NCBI RefSeq assembly: GCF_964204645.1
Contig: NC_134033.1
Coordinates: 12,532,655 to 12,596,654, forward strand
DNA length: 64,000 nucleotides
Reading direction: 5' to 3'
Origin: Tubulanus polymorphus
Lineage: Eukaryota; Animalia; Nemertea
Below the pieces are notes generated by a model. It saw only the letters and a list, made by a program, of their open reading frames with translations, was not told the DNA's origin and did no database searches. Shown here one piece after another: positions 12,173 through 25,900 of the stretch. The position numbers and the translations under genes were made by a program. Each line of letters begins with the position of its first letter. Position 1 is the stretch's first letter.

Positions 12173-13907
12173 CTAAAAACAGAGAAGAACAAGAAACGAA
12201 ATTCTTAATATGGACTTGACCGTTTAATCTAGAATCAAAATTAAAGAAAAAAATTTTTTTTTTTTCAAATCATGAGTGGTAGGCATGAAGTTTTTGGCAG
12301 AATTTCAGAGGATCCGTATTCTGAGTGATTAAAAAAATCCTAATATTTCTCCCCTGAATTGAATCAGGGAGTTTTTATGAAAATCTGACGGCTGGGCGTA
12401 TGCAGCCCTGTCTATGGGTAGGTAAAATTTTTTTCATTTGTTTAAGGCACTCTAGGTGTATTCTGAGGGCTTTCTGGCCATCTTTCTTTTCTGACATTTT
12501 CCATGTACGGCAGAATCTAAATAATTTTTCATAATCTGAAAATTTGATTTGATGATCATCATCTCATAGCAATGTAATCATTAATGCTTCCAAACCACAG
12601 AAAACTTATCTATGCAATTAAAAAACCTAAGATCGACTCATGTAGAAAATCCGCGACTAATGTAACGTTTATTTTTTCAAATAATTTATATTTGAGGAAT
12701 CCCATGATGAAACATTGCATAGAATCATTCTATGCAATGGGTCCATCGTGCCATCATGATCTTTGACCCATGTGCATACTACTGATGAGGCCTATACAGA
12801 TTGGAATAACTTTTAAAATTTAAAATTGTTGACAAAACAACAGGATACCAACCACATAAATTGTAAGACATAAACAACACATAACGCATGGAAAATATGA
12901 AGCGGAACTTGAACTTTTGGGGGTAGGAGCGTTCACACCCTCCCCCCCCCTGAATACGGCCCTACAGGTACGGGATCTCTGTGATAACAGCATGAAATGA
13001 TGATTAATCATAAATACATTCCACTTACATCATGTGAACTACCGATCGATCGTACACTGTGTATGAAGTTTGTTAGACAATTTATTCACTTCAACAATAC
13101 TTCAACAAAATTTTTTCTCAGCTCTGCTGAGCTTAAAACTTGACCCGGCCGCCTATCTACCTTGGACATTACTGTTTTTTAGAATCGTGATCTATTTTAC
13201 CATAACAGACCCGGCAGCTATAGAAATGAACTGAAGAAACAAAGTATCATTTTTGTTAAGCCTTGAAGTTGGAATTATTTATGTCACCACTTCGGGGTAT
13301 CTATGCATTTATGAGAAATAAAGCTAGAGGTTTTCATCAATAAATGTTAATGTTTTTATTCTTCGATTTCAATCAATTATTCTAAAATTTAAGAAAAAAA
13401 AACAGGCAGCGGCTAAATTAGGAGGGGAGCTGTTGGGAATCAAAGAAATTTATTTTCATGGCCTTATTAAAGTTCTACAATATTGTTCAGCTGGCTACTG
13501 GCGTGTATTCAACCCGGCAGTAGAACCTTTTCATTCAACTTCTATAAGCTCTCAATGTAAATCCATTCAACAATAGAGACACAATTGCTGAGTTGTTGAC
13601 ATCATTCATACGCGCTATTGAATACGTCACCGGCTGACCACGGTGTACACAAGCATAGGCCATTCACCTCTGCACACTCACACTGTGAACATGCTACCGT
13701 GGATTCTCCTCCTGGCGATTTTCGCTGCGCTCCCGCTCTTGCTCCTGTTCCTGCTTCCTGAGGAACGACGTCTTTATGTTTTATGTGTTACTGTTCGTCT
13801 CCGTGCTGTCCTGTACTGTTCCGTGTTTATTAATCCGTTCTATTTTTCAGCATTTAACTCGTTTTATTTTTCAGGGCCGATTTCTCTGTCGAATTTCAAC
13901 GTTTGCT

Positions 13908-14137
13908 GGAACAAAACTAATGTCCGAAAGCGTCAGCTCTCCTTCGCCGGTCACGTGTCGAGGATGTCAGACAAAGCGTCGGTCAGGAAATGGCTGCCCT
14001 CTACACGCCCTCATACGGAACACGAAAACCAGGATGACGAGGCCTCACTGCCCCCACCTACCTACAAAGTGTGCTGAGTGATGTCAATGACGGGCATATC
14101 TGTGGGATTGCGCGGGATACAAATGGAGCGGTTATAC
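13908..14137 (+). mobile_element. RTE-clade LINE 3' fragment (left arm of an inverted pair)
   Basis: Encodes VRKRQLSFAGHVSRMSD, resembling the RTE C-terminal motif RxLRWxGHVxRMxD. Confidence 0.55.
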
Positions 14138-14140
14138 TGG

Positions 14141-14647
14141 ATTGTCACGCTACTAGCATTCATTGTGTCCTTGTGACCGCCCGGATGAGGGATGATTCTA
14201 CTGTCACGCTCTTTGTTTCTGGTATTCTGAGTAGGCTGAGGGATGATTCTACTGTCACGCTCTTTGATTTCTAGTTTGATTGCTAGTTTTCATTGTGTCC
14301 TTGTGACAACCTCGGTCAGTGGATGAAGTCTCTTGTCGGCTTGTGAGTGCTAGTTTCATTGTGTCCTTGTGACAACCTCGGTCAGTGGATGAAGTCTCTT
14401 GTCACGCCCGGATGAGGGATGATTCTACTGTCACGCTCTTTGTTTCTGGTATTCTGAGTCGGCTGAGGGATGATTCTACTGTCACGCTCTTTGATTTCTA
14501 GTTTGATTGCTAGTTTTCATTGTGTCCTTGTGACAACCTCGGTCAGTGGATGAAGTCTCTTGTCGGCTTGTGAGTGCTAGTTTCATTGTGTCCTTGTGAC
14601 AACCTCGGTCAGTGGATGAAGTCTCTTGTCACGCTTTTGAGTGCTAG
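14141..14647. repeat. Compound minisatellite, ~227-bp higher-order unit x2
   Basis: GCCCGGATGAGGGATGATTCT at 14179 and 14406. Subunits GAGGGATGATTCTACTGTCACGCTC and TTTCATTGTGTCCTTGTGACAACCTCGGTCAGTGGATGAAGTCTCTTGTC. Confidence 0.9.
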
Positions 14648-14681
14648 TTGAGATCCTGAATCTCAACCCGGTCAAGCTGGT

Positions 14682-14911
14682 TGTACTGCGCTATTTGTGT
14701 TTCGTGCAATTTTACAGGTGTGTCAGTTACTGACATCACCCAGTACATCCTGCAGTTAGATGGGGAATGTGAGGCGTTGTCATTCTGGTTTTCGCGTTCT
14801 GTGTGAGGGCGTGTAGAGGGCAGTATATTCCTGGCTGGCTCATTGTCTGGTGTTCTCGGCATGTGACCGGCGACGGAGAGCTGAAAAGCTTTCGAACATT
14901 AGTTTTGTTCC
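14682..14911 (-). mobile_element. RTE-clade LINE 3' fragment (right arm of an inverted pair)
   Basis: The reverse complement aligns with 13908-14137 and encodes QLSVAGHMPRTPDNEPARNIL. Confidence 0.55.
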
Positions 14912-16249
14912 GTACCAGGTTTTCATCGCTCTTCTCTTTTTTTCATTTCAGGACTCCCAAGAAGTTGAAGAAGATGCTAGAAGGCGACTACAGAAGATGC
15001 CGAAAAAAATACTGAACTCGGCAATCTTGAAAGTTAAGTTGATACCCACGTAAATTAGGATTAATGATGAAAAAATGTGTGACTACAAAATGTTTTTCTT
15101 TTTCTCAATTTCAGCTTCGACGAAACCCAAGAAGACAAAGAAGTACTTCGATTCCGAAAAAAATGATGTAAAATCGACAGACGATCACACAACTATATCT
15201 GTACTCCGATTTCCAAAAAAAAATTAGACAAAATTATCTTCAACCTTGTAAACTTTCGGACTACATGAAAAAAAAAGACCAAATATTGTAAAATTATCGA
15301 AAAAAAATTATGTAAAATCGACCGACGATCACACAACTATATCTGTACTTCGATTCACGCCTGTTTCGCTCCTGGCAGGTGTGTCACGATTGTAAGGGAC
15401 ACCAACTCAAAAAGTCGAACGAGAGCTCATCAACTAAGATCTGCCGATTAGAGAAAAGTGCACAGAAGGGGCCAATTTGGATGAAACTCAACCAACCAAC
15501 TTAGGAGATCCTCCGATAATGAACCCAGCCATCATAAAAGGTAATTTGATATTTGATACGAACTTAGAACATTTTAACCGATACTGAACCCAGCAAACTT
15601 GAAATGTAAGTTGATTTTTGGCGAACTGTATGTTTGCCTATGCAAATGGTCTGGAGAAGCAGTTTTCATTGAAAATGAATAGAGTACCGGTGTGTCAGCA
15701 AGGCGTAAACATTGGCTGTTGAACCAATAGTGTTGATTTTGGTGTCATGGTTTGGCTTAATGAGTTCTCGAGCCCACAAAAATTTCATAGTGATCGAGTT
15801 ATAGTAGGGGACTTATTCTTGAAAAACACGTAAAAACCTGCTTTTTAGCACTAAGTAATGGCACGTTTTCATATATGAGAATTTGCATACTTGGAATTGA
15901 AATATATAAAAGTTCAATCCTTCCTGGAAGTGTTGCTATTTTTTTGCGACTCATCCCGATGTACTTTTCGACCTACAGGTCCTCACCTTATAAACCCCCA
16001 AAATTTTCTCGCTTCTATTTATCTGAGTTGACCTCATTACCTGAGCTACATTGAATGTGATTGGCTGTTTGTTGGATAAAGGGGAAACTCCGGGAACATC
16101 TGATGTAATTGGGAAAGCCCATTGGGAAAACCCAATGTAGAACCCAAAACAAAATGGCGAGCATTTCATTCGACTAGGTATCGTATGTTCGCTTATAATT
16201 TGTTCGGTGTTACGAATATAACTGAGTAGGCTATTCTAGGTATATTATT

Positions 16250-17730
16250 TATGGAAATTATTATGATAAATTCTAAATGAAATATTTTGTCATTACAGGA
16301 TATCTTCTTTTAATCATTGCAGCTAAATTTCAACTATGAGAAAAACCAAGTTTGAGATCAACTACTCATCCAAAATCGACCAACTGGAACAGTGCACAGA
16401 TGAGGCCAACCAGAATCCAACTTATCAACAAACAAACTTAAGATGATCCACGCCGATTACGAACCAAGCAATCATTAAAGGTAACTTGATATACATGAAA
16501 TTATTTCGATAAATTCTAAATGAAATATTTTGTCATTACAGGATATCTTCTTTTAATCATTGCAGCTAAATTTCAACTATGAGAAAAACCCAGTTTGAGA
16601 TCAACTACTCGTCCAAAATCGACCAGCTTGAACAGTGCACAGATGAGGCCAACTAACTAACCAACTAATAGGATAATCGCCGATAACCAAAATCATAAAA
16701 GGTAACTTGATATACATGGAATTATTTCGATAAATTCTAAATGAAATATTTTTTCATTACAGGATATCTTCTTTTAATCATTGCAGCTAAATTTCAACTA
16801 TGAGAAAAACCCAGTTTGAGATCAACTACTCGTCCAAAATCGACCAACTGGAACAGTGCACAGATGAGGCCAACTAACTAACCAACTAATAGGATAATCG
16901 CCGATAACCAAAATCATAAAAGGTAACTTGATATACATGAAATTATTTCGATAAATTTCTAAATGAAATATTTTTTCATTACAGGATATCTTCTTTTAAT
17001 CATTGCAGCTAAATTTCAACTATGAGAAAAACCCAGTTTGAGATCAACTACTCGTCCAAAATCGACCAACTGGAACAGTGAACAGATGAGGTCAACTAAC
17101 TAACCAACTAATAGGATAATCGCCGATTACCAAGCAATCATAAAAGGTAAGATAATCGCCGATTATGAAACCAGCAATCATAAAAGGTAACTTGATATAT
17201 GTGGAATTATGTCGATAAATTCTAAATGAAATATTTTGTCATTACAGGATATCTTTGTTTGCTCATTTCAGCTAAATCCTATCTATATGAAACTGCCCAG
17301 CTTTAAATCAACGACTCATCAAATATCTACAGATAAGCTCTGCCCACTGAACAATCCAAGCTTGAATCAAATGCATCAACCAATTGTTCTAACCGATACT
17401 GAACCCAGCAAACTTGAAATGTAAGATGAGGCCAACTAGAATCCAACTTATCAACAAACAAACTTAAGATGATCAACACCGATTACGAACCAAGCAATCA
17501 TTAAAGGTAACTTGATATACATGAAATTATTTTGATAAATTCTAAATGAAATATTTTTTCATTACAGGATATCTTCTTTTAATCGTTGCAGCTGAATTTC
17601 AACTATAAGAAAAAGCCCATCTTGAGATCAAACACTCGTCCAAAATCTACAAACTGGAACGGTGCACAGAAAAGGCCAGAACTGAACCCATCAATCTTTA
17701 AAGGTAAGTTGATATACATGAAATTACCTG
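16250..17730 (+). repeat. Tandem array of six ~220-320-bp units with exon/intron-like structure
   Basis: Acceptor-like (T)TGCAG|CTAAATTTC at 16323, 16566, 16787, 17009, 17272 and 17592, each followed by a donor-like AAAG|GTAA. Confidence 0.9.
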
Positions 17731-20700
17731 TATAAAGAAATTTCAGTACTCATATGAATATCATTTAATAATTGACTATCATCAAAATCTATTTACTGGT
17801 CCACATGGCTGAACTTATCTTCACTAGTCTTAAACAATGATGAACTAGTCCTACTACTGCAATTAATTATTGGGGTTTGAATCAGCAATTGACGTCAATG
17901 AATTTTCTTTGTGAAAAACAGGGTGGCTTGTAATTTGAAATGACACATAAATTATGATAAATCTGTCTGAAATGTTTTGCTTTTTTCACTTTGTTTCAGC
18001 CAAACTACATCTCGGAAAAATTGGCCTGAAGACGACACTCACAAGTAGATGAATACTGATCGACCCATTTGTTGTTGAAAACTGCAGAAGCCCAAATGAG
18101 AAGTTGAGGAGCCAGCAATCTCTGCACTACTTTATTGAAGCTCTGTGGCCGGTAGTAAATTTAAATATAGCTAGGCAATGATTGCTTGAATATTAACAAT
18201 ATTAGACGAAATGATTGAGTGAAGACTCTTAAATATTCTTTTGTCTGATAATTAAAATGTAGATTGGTCAGTTATTGATTAAAAGATTTTGTAAGTACGT
18301 ACAATTAAGGTAAATTCAATATCTTATGTGACATTTGAAATTTTTCGAATGTACTGTAGACATTTCAGGCCTCATATGACTATTTTTTAACTTACAATCA
18401 AGATATAGATAGAACAATTTACTAATTAACCAATCGCTTAGATATAAGCAATCATTCAATGTCTTGTAATGTTTGATGAGAAATTCTTCTGGTGTAGATA
18501 TTTCAAGGCCCCATTTAAATTTAGGTCGGCTTTACTTAAAGATATATCAATTAAACTTTATCGTCGGTTAATAGATTTTTCTTTACAAATAATATATTGA
18601 TAAATTTTTAAAGATTGAGGCCATATTTTACAGTATATACTATGTGCTGCCTCACACATAACAGTAATGAATTTCATAAGATAGTGTCTAAGGCATTATC
18701 GAGGTCTGGCGTTATATGGGGAAAACTATGGACTACAGGTCTTTATGAAACAGTGATTTGGTCTCAACATTTTGACAAATCCAGAATAAACCAAAGCTTT
18801 AATTGATTTAATTCATTCCTGAAACACTGCGTCTTGTTTTGGGCGACGCATGATAATTGTTGTTTGACTGACAATTAGCATAAATACAGCCAGGAAAAAT
18901 GGCTTAGATATTCACAATTAAGATGAATTCAATATTTGATGTTAGATCAAAACTTTTTATATCATAAATATTTATTGAAATATAGCTGAAATATATAATA
19001 TATTTGAGCACATCTATAAATGAATCAGTCTCATTGACTGATCAGTTTTGTATCGCCAACTGCCGCACATATAACGACTAGTCATGCTTTTCAATATTGC
19101 CAAAATTTACTCTAACCTAACTGATTCAATTAATATCTACAAGCCATACTGTGTGTCAAGTGACGCATATTAGATATAGTTTAACTGACAATTAGAATCT
19201 AAGATGAATTACTCATTAACGTATTACTTAGATCGATTAAGGTTAATTCAATTGTTATGTGAAATTATCTCTAATTCCATGGAAATTTAAAATGTAGCTG
19301 ATACATGTGTATCTGAGCACATTTGTTTATCTGTATCTTAGTGAACCTATTGTGTCTTCATACAGCCGTATTAGTTTTGATACATATTGCCAAAATCATT
19401 TCACGCAGATTTACTTCCGATCGAAGGGAGATAAAACAAATCTGTGCACAAATACATTCCTGGATTTGGAAGGGGGAATATTTCAATTTCACTGTGTATG
19501 TCAGATTGAAAGCCTTATTCTGACAGGATATCCTAAACTTAGGTCTTATTCCTCATGCTAATAGCTCTCTTTTACTAACCCCTCTCCTTCGAACTATTTT
19601 CTAGCATCATGACTCGCACCGCACCAGGGAGGTCCGGTCATAACAAGGTCTTTCGGTCCTTATACACAGTGTACTATATAAGGGAAAAAAAGATTATATA
19701 GCCATTCGGCTAAGGGAATTTTTAATCTACCACTAAAAATATGCTTTTTTATCTTTAATTTCTGATGAATTCAAATAGTGACGAATTCACCACATCTGAA
19801 ATTCTACTCATGTAGATTTTCAGGCTCCATATGAATATTGTTCAACTGACAACTAAAATATAGCTAGTATGATTATTAATTAATGGTTCGCTTAGATACC
19901 TAGAATTCAATTAAAATCAATTCAATATAATGAATATAAGTGAAACTTATTCAAAATTGCGCAGTGGATGAGACGACTGTATCGTGCAATGTCATCTGCG
20001 TCTAACTGGGCCACATGTGTGTGGGATCTGTTGAATCAGTTAGGTTTTGGGGAATTCTGGGTTAGTTAAGCTAGGTATCAAAAGCTCTGATGCAAAATCA
20101 GCAGTTCAAATAGTGATTAATTCAAATTTGTACCGGATCTGAAATTCTTCTCGTGTAGGAATTTCAAGCCCCATATAAAATATTGTCCGAGACAATTTCA
20201 ATTATAGCTAGGACATTATCAATTAACCAATTGATTAGGTATCTAATTCAGCATCTTCATATAAGGTGAAAGTGCTCAAATCTAAACCATAAGGGTTGAT
20301 AAGACAACTGTATAATTTAATATTGATTGATATATAAATAATACTGGGTATGTTTTAACTCTGTCTCTTGTGCGTGGGATTTATTGAATCTTTAAGGCTT
20401 TGCAGAATTCTGGATTTGTCGAGGTGTGGGAATGATTCAAGGTTTCTTAAATCTGTAGAACCATGTTACTTATAGGATCAGTGTGCTCAATGCTGGCAGC
20501 GCACTCACTCTTCAGTTAGTTACATTATCATAATTACAAGATCATTGTATATATTAGGAGCAATATTTAGAATAAATGAAATGGATTAGAATACCATTCA
20601 CTGGGTACAGATGTCACCATCTGTGGGTAGAAAACATCTCTTAAGTTTATTAACAGACGATGAAGTAAATTTGATAATACGAACATGGTTTAGCTGACAA

Positions 20701-21270
20701 TGGAAATATATATAGGCCAATATTACTAGCAGGTTTGCACTCTATGATGGGCCTGGGTTTCAATAAAAGACACAAAGAATTTCAAGAAGATAGAAAAGAA
20801 AACAGTTCAAAAATAATTTGATAAGATTGATTATGCATTACTAAATTTGTTGTAACTCTGGTATTCCTAGAGATGACTATAGATGCTTTAGTTGAGTTGT
20901 TGTTAAACTATAATAATCAACCATTGCTTAGATATTTAGAATATAGATGAATTACTATATGAGTTGAATTTCATAAATATCATTTAAGACTCTTATCAAA
21001 ATCTACATAACGATCCACATTGCTGATCTTATATATGAATTGACATGATAATTATGATCAGTGATATTCGAAAGGATTTTCTGCTCAAAAGGTTCTGCTC
21101 TTTTCTTCAGCTTGCCGTTTCAGACTGATTGGAAGATAGTTTGAATGAACCGGAATCAAATTTCCCAATTATGTACTTCGATTTCAGACATACTCGAGAA
21201 AAACTACTATAAAATTTAAAAAATTAGACGGTGAAAACGACAAAAAAATTAAAGTTAGACAAAATCCTCC

Positions 21271-21785
21271 CACCTTGTAAACTTTCGGACTAGTTACATG
21301 AAAAAAAGACCAAATATTGTAAAATATAGTTATTTCCAAAATCTCGATGTATCAAATTAGGCAGAAAAAAAATAGATAAAATTATTCAACCTTGTAAACT
21401 TTCGGACTAGTTACATGAAAACAAGACCAAATATTGTAAAATATAGTTATTTCCAAAATCTCGATGTATTAAATTAGGCAGAAAAAAAATAGATAAAATT
21501 ATTCAACCTTGTAAACTTTCGGACTAGTTACATGAAAACAAGACCAAATATTGTAAAATATAGTTATTTCCAAAATCTCGATGTATTAAATTAGGCAGAA
21601 AAAAAGTTAACCCCAATCAGTCACTCAATATGTGCTTCGACTATTCAAACGGTGAAAACAACCAAAAAAATTGAAGTTAGACAAAATTATTAAACGTTGT
21701 AAACTTTCGGACTAGTTACATAAAAAAAAGACCAAATATTGTAAAATTATCTTCAACCTTGTAATATAGTTATTTCCAAAATCAG
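21271..21785. repeat. ~117-bp tandem repeat, 3 full copies plus a partial copy
   Basis: CCTTGTAAACTTTCGGACTAGTTACATGAAAA...GACCAAATATTGTAAAAT recurs at ~21271, 21387, 21504 and ~21695. A related copy lies at ~15241. Confidence 0.9.
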
Positions 21786-21839
21786 AATTAGGCAGAATAA
21801 AAGATTGTTTGAATGAACCGGAACCGAATTACCAATTAT

Positions 21840-22710
21840 GTTCTCTGTAAAAACGACCGCCGATCACGCAACTGTATCTGTACATCGACTTCCGATTTTG
21901 AAAAAAACCACCGTTTCGCTCCCGGAAGGTGTGTAGGTTTGTAAGGGACACCAACTCGAAAAGTCAAACGAGAGCTTGAGGTCAACAACTCATCAAAGAT
22001 CTGCCGATTAGAGAACAGTGCACAGAAACCATCGTCGATGATGAAACCAGCAATCATAAAAGGTAACTTGATATACATGGAGTTATTACGAGGATTTCTA
22101 AATGTCGTGATTACAGGATATATTTCTTTACTCATTGCAGCTAAGTTTCAACTAAAAGAAAGAGACCAGCTTAAAATCAACTACTCATCTGAAATCTACG
22201 GATTTGAACAACCCACAGAAGAATCAAACTCATTAGATGGAAATTACCGGTATAAAGAAATTTCAGGCCTCATATAAATATCATTTGTTAAGTGATTATC
22301 ATCGAAATCTATTTACCTGTCCACATGGCTGATCTTAGAACTTTTATCTTTACTAGTCTTACACCTTGGAGTAAGAAATTTTTCAAATGATTACTCCAAG
22401 CTTAAACATTGATGAACTAATCCTACTACTGCAATTATTTATTGGGGTTTAAATCGGCAATTGACGCCAATGAACCTAATTCTGATTTTGGAAATAACTA
22501 TATTAACTAAGTGAAAAACACGGTGGCTTGTAATTTGAAATGACATGTAAGTTATGATAAATCTGTCTAAAATGTTTTGCTTTCTTCACTTTGTTTCAGT
22601 CAAACTACATCCTGGAAATAATGGTCTGAAGAAGACACCCACAACGATTACTGATTGACCCATTTGCTGATGAAAACTGCAGAAGCCCAGATGAGAAGTT
22701 TAGAAGCCAG
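21840..22710 (+). repeat. Diverged local duplication of ~15310-15550 and ~17720-18115
   Basis: Shared blocks such as GTTTCGCTCC.GG.AGGTGTGT, GTCCACATGGCTGA and TGTTTCAG.CAAACTACATC...GCAGAAGCCCA.ATGAGAAGTT. Confidence 0.8.
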
Positions 22711-22744
22711 TGACAGATTAATCACTCAACGATGGATTCTTCTA

Positions 22745-22975
22745 CAATCGATGATTTCTATAAAACATTTTATCAGGAGCAGCAGAGACAATAGTGAATC
22801 TTATAAACACTGATTCAAGCGACAAAGCTAATGGATTATCTCATAAATACTGATTCAGGATAAACACTGTTTTAAAAGCAGCAAAGACAATAGTGTATCT
22901 TATTAGGAGCAGCATGGATAATAGTGCATCTTATAAACACTGAGATCCAGGAGCGGCGAAGACAATAGCGGACTT
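22745..22975. repeat. Degenerate ~42-bp tandem repeat
   Basis: TTATAAACACTGATTCAGGAGCAGCAAAGACAATAGTG-like unit recurs about 5 times. Confidence 0.7.
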
Positions 22976-25900
22976 CTGCAGTAAAGTATTGATTTTTTTG
23001 CTTATCACCTTTTTCAAACCAGTCTGATGGATAATATAGAGTTTTCGAGGAAACTATTTGATAATGTTTATGCAATGTGAGAGTCTAATAACAGCTAAGT
23101 TCCATTAATGCACGATTTTGGTCTTTGATCCTTGGTCGATAGATAAGTCAAGTTAAGTTAGTCACTAGGGGTAAATGGTCATGTCGAGTGCCTAGTTTTG
23201 ACTCGTAGGTCTGTTGACTTAACTCCTAAACTGAGATATAGTTTCAACATGAATTGTGAGTTTAATCTTCCAACTTACCATAGTTAAACATAGTCAACTG
23301 TGGCTTGTCCGTGTAGATATCACATAGTTAGGAAACATAGAACATAACGTTAGACCAGTGTTTAACTATTTGCTGAATTGTAGATGTACAAATTTGACGG
23401 CATTGATATTTTCGAAGGTAACCAATTTGAAAATTTTGAAACAAATCGTAGATTTCGATTTAAGCCTCCATCAATCTGTTTGATGATCATAGCTATGTAT
23501 TTGAAATCGAAAGCTTTATTTGAAAGGAGACCATTATTTACATTCGAGAGGTAAAGCTAGGAATAACAAGGCATAAAGTTATAGTTAGGACTAATTTTTA
23601 ACGTTTTAACATTGTTTATAGCTGTTTGAACTTCTTTTATTGTAATGGGTAAATCCATATCACGAGATGGCTCTCGTGAATAATCACTTAGCTTCAAATC
23701 GGGTGTATAATGATTATTAAGGAGTGGCAGTGAATCAGTAGCGCTTTCTTAAAATGGGCCCAGAACTTTACAGTGAAAAAATGCCTGCAGTTGTAAATAG
23801 AGGAGTATAAATAATACATAACTACAAACTACAAGTACATAAATTAATTCTAAAAAATAAAAAAAAAAACAATTAATAATAAATAGAATAAACAACAATA
23901 CAAACAAACAACAAATTAATATTCTATTTACATGAAAAGGCATTTTTTCAAATATTTATCAATAAGGTTCTTCATTTATCGAACAACCTTCCCTAAGTAT
24001 AGCGAAAACCCGAGATCTTTTCTGTTGTTATTCAAAGCATTCTATCAACTCAGTTATTGTAATGAACAAAACAAATAACCATAAATCTTAACTAAATCGA
24101 AAACATTTAAAAAAATAACTGATATGATAGAATGCTTTGAATAACTGTGATGAAAGATCGACCCGTCCTTTCAACTAGCCGCGCTCAATCACTGCTGTGA
24201 CTGTTCATTGTTATACATGTTCTAAAATCTGGTACATACAACAGCTATAAACTTAAGTTATTGATGTTATTGATTAGTTACCGATTGTATAATTATGTTG
24301 AAGCTGCCAGGAAAAACGTCAGAATACTTAGTATGTAATGTCAAGGTGTTTGGAAATCTTTAAGACAAGGCAAAGTAGGCAAAATTCTAGTTTTCTAGTG
24401 AAAGTAATGATTAATTGATACTAAGAGTTCCAGAGTGAATCTGAGTTTCTCATCTCTAGTTTTAATGCTTTTATGTTGGAGACTGTTATTGTGACACAGT
24501 TTGCATGTTTGTAAATTAGGAACTTGCAGGATGATTCCTCGATTAAGATATTATTGTTGCGTGAATAAAACAATGTACATTTTCATCATTCATGTTGAAA
24601 CTTTTCAGTTGTTAAGTTTTATAGCAAAAATTTCACTTTGGTGCTTTTCAGTGGTTCATAAAATACTGAACTAATCAAGGCCCTGTCGAAAATAGCAGGA
24701 GCATAGAATAATTGTCCTAGCTTTGTTTTGAATATCAGTTTAACCGCGTCTGTGTGGGGCCTGTAATATCGGGACAAGAAGAATTTCTGATCTTTATATA
24801 GAGTTGTATTCATATGTACTATAAATTGAATAATACAATTAAGAATTTACTGTAGCTTCCTCAGTCAAACCATATTTGTTAGAAGATACTCGATTTAACT
24901 TGAATTATCACGAAGGAAAATATGTTATATCACTTGCCACCTCAAAAATCAACTTGTCCCACATGAATAGTCCGATTATGACACAATAATCCCTTGCATC
25001 GAGTGGGATAGAAGCTTTGAGACATAGAATTACACAAGCCCGGTGGATGAGTGATTATGATAACCTTCATGCCCTAGTGAAAATATACTTGTCCCGCGCA
25101 ATTGGACTAGTGCTTAGATCAGACCCTGCTTTGTTTCAAATGTAAAATTTGTGAAAAAAGTACCGTAGTTGATAATGTTTGAAGAAATCTCTTAAAGATG
25201 AGGAAAATTTGGCAATGTTTTTAGTTTTCTAGTAATAATTAAGATTAATTAGTTAACCTTGCGCTTTCCAGAGTGAGTGAATTTGTAGGTTTAATGCTTT
25301 TATTTTGAACTGTTTTAAAATAACCCATTAAGCCACCAGGGTATAATTGTTGAGCAAGAATAAAACGACAGACATGTTCGTCATTCATGTTAAAACTGTT
25401 CAATTGTTTAGTTACGTGTATTGCAACTTTTTTACTGTGGTGCTCACCTATGGTTCATGAAATACTATTTTCATTAAGGCCCTTATGGAAAAATAGAGGA
25501 GCAGTCTCTTGATAAAGAGACTTTTTTGAAATACAGGTCATGTTTTTGTAAATGACTGAGGCACTTCCTCAAGTATATGGATACCTGTCATTTAGGTATG
25601 ATTGTTGTTGTGGGGATAAAATGACATGTTCATGTCAATTGTTCATAAAACACTGATTTATTAAGGTCCATCGAATAAAGTTGGGCTTTTTCTTGACAAT
25701 TGAGATGTCCTCAATCTCGATGTCATTTGAAAAGTTGACGATGATAGATTCATATTTCATGAAATATAACAAATTGTCGGTTATATTGACCTCATGAATT
25801 GTCAAATTCATAATCTTAAGAGTTTCAGACTAGTCGTTTTTTGGTGTTTTATGGATCAAAAATTACAATTCGTACTTCTGTTATTTTCCTATTGATGCAA

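Noticed and set aside
12781-12810. Hammerhead-like CTGATGAGGCC (another fragment at ~31490-31530)
   Set aside because: There is no closing stem II or GAAA box; at best these are decayed relics.
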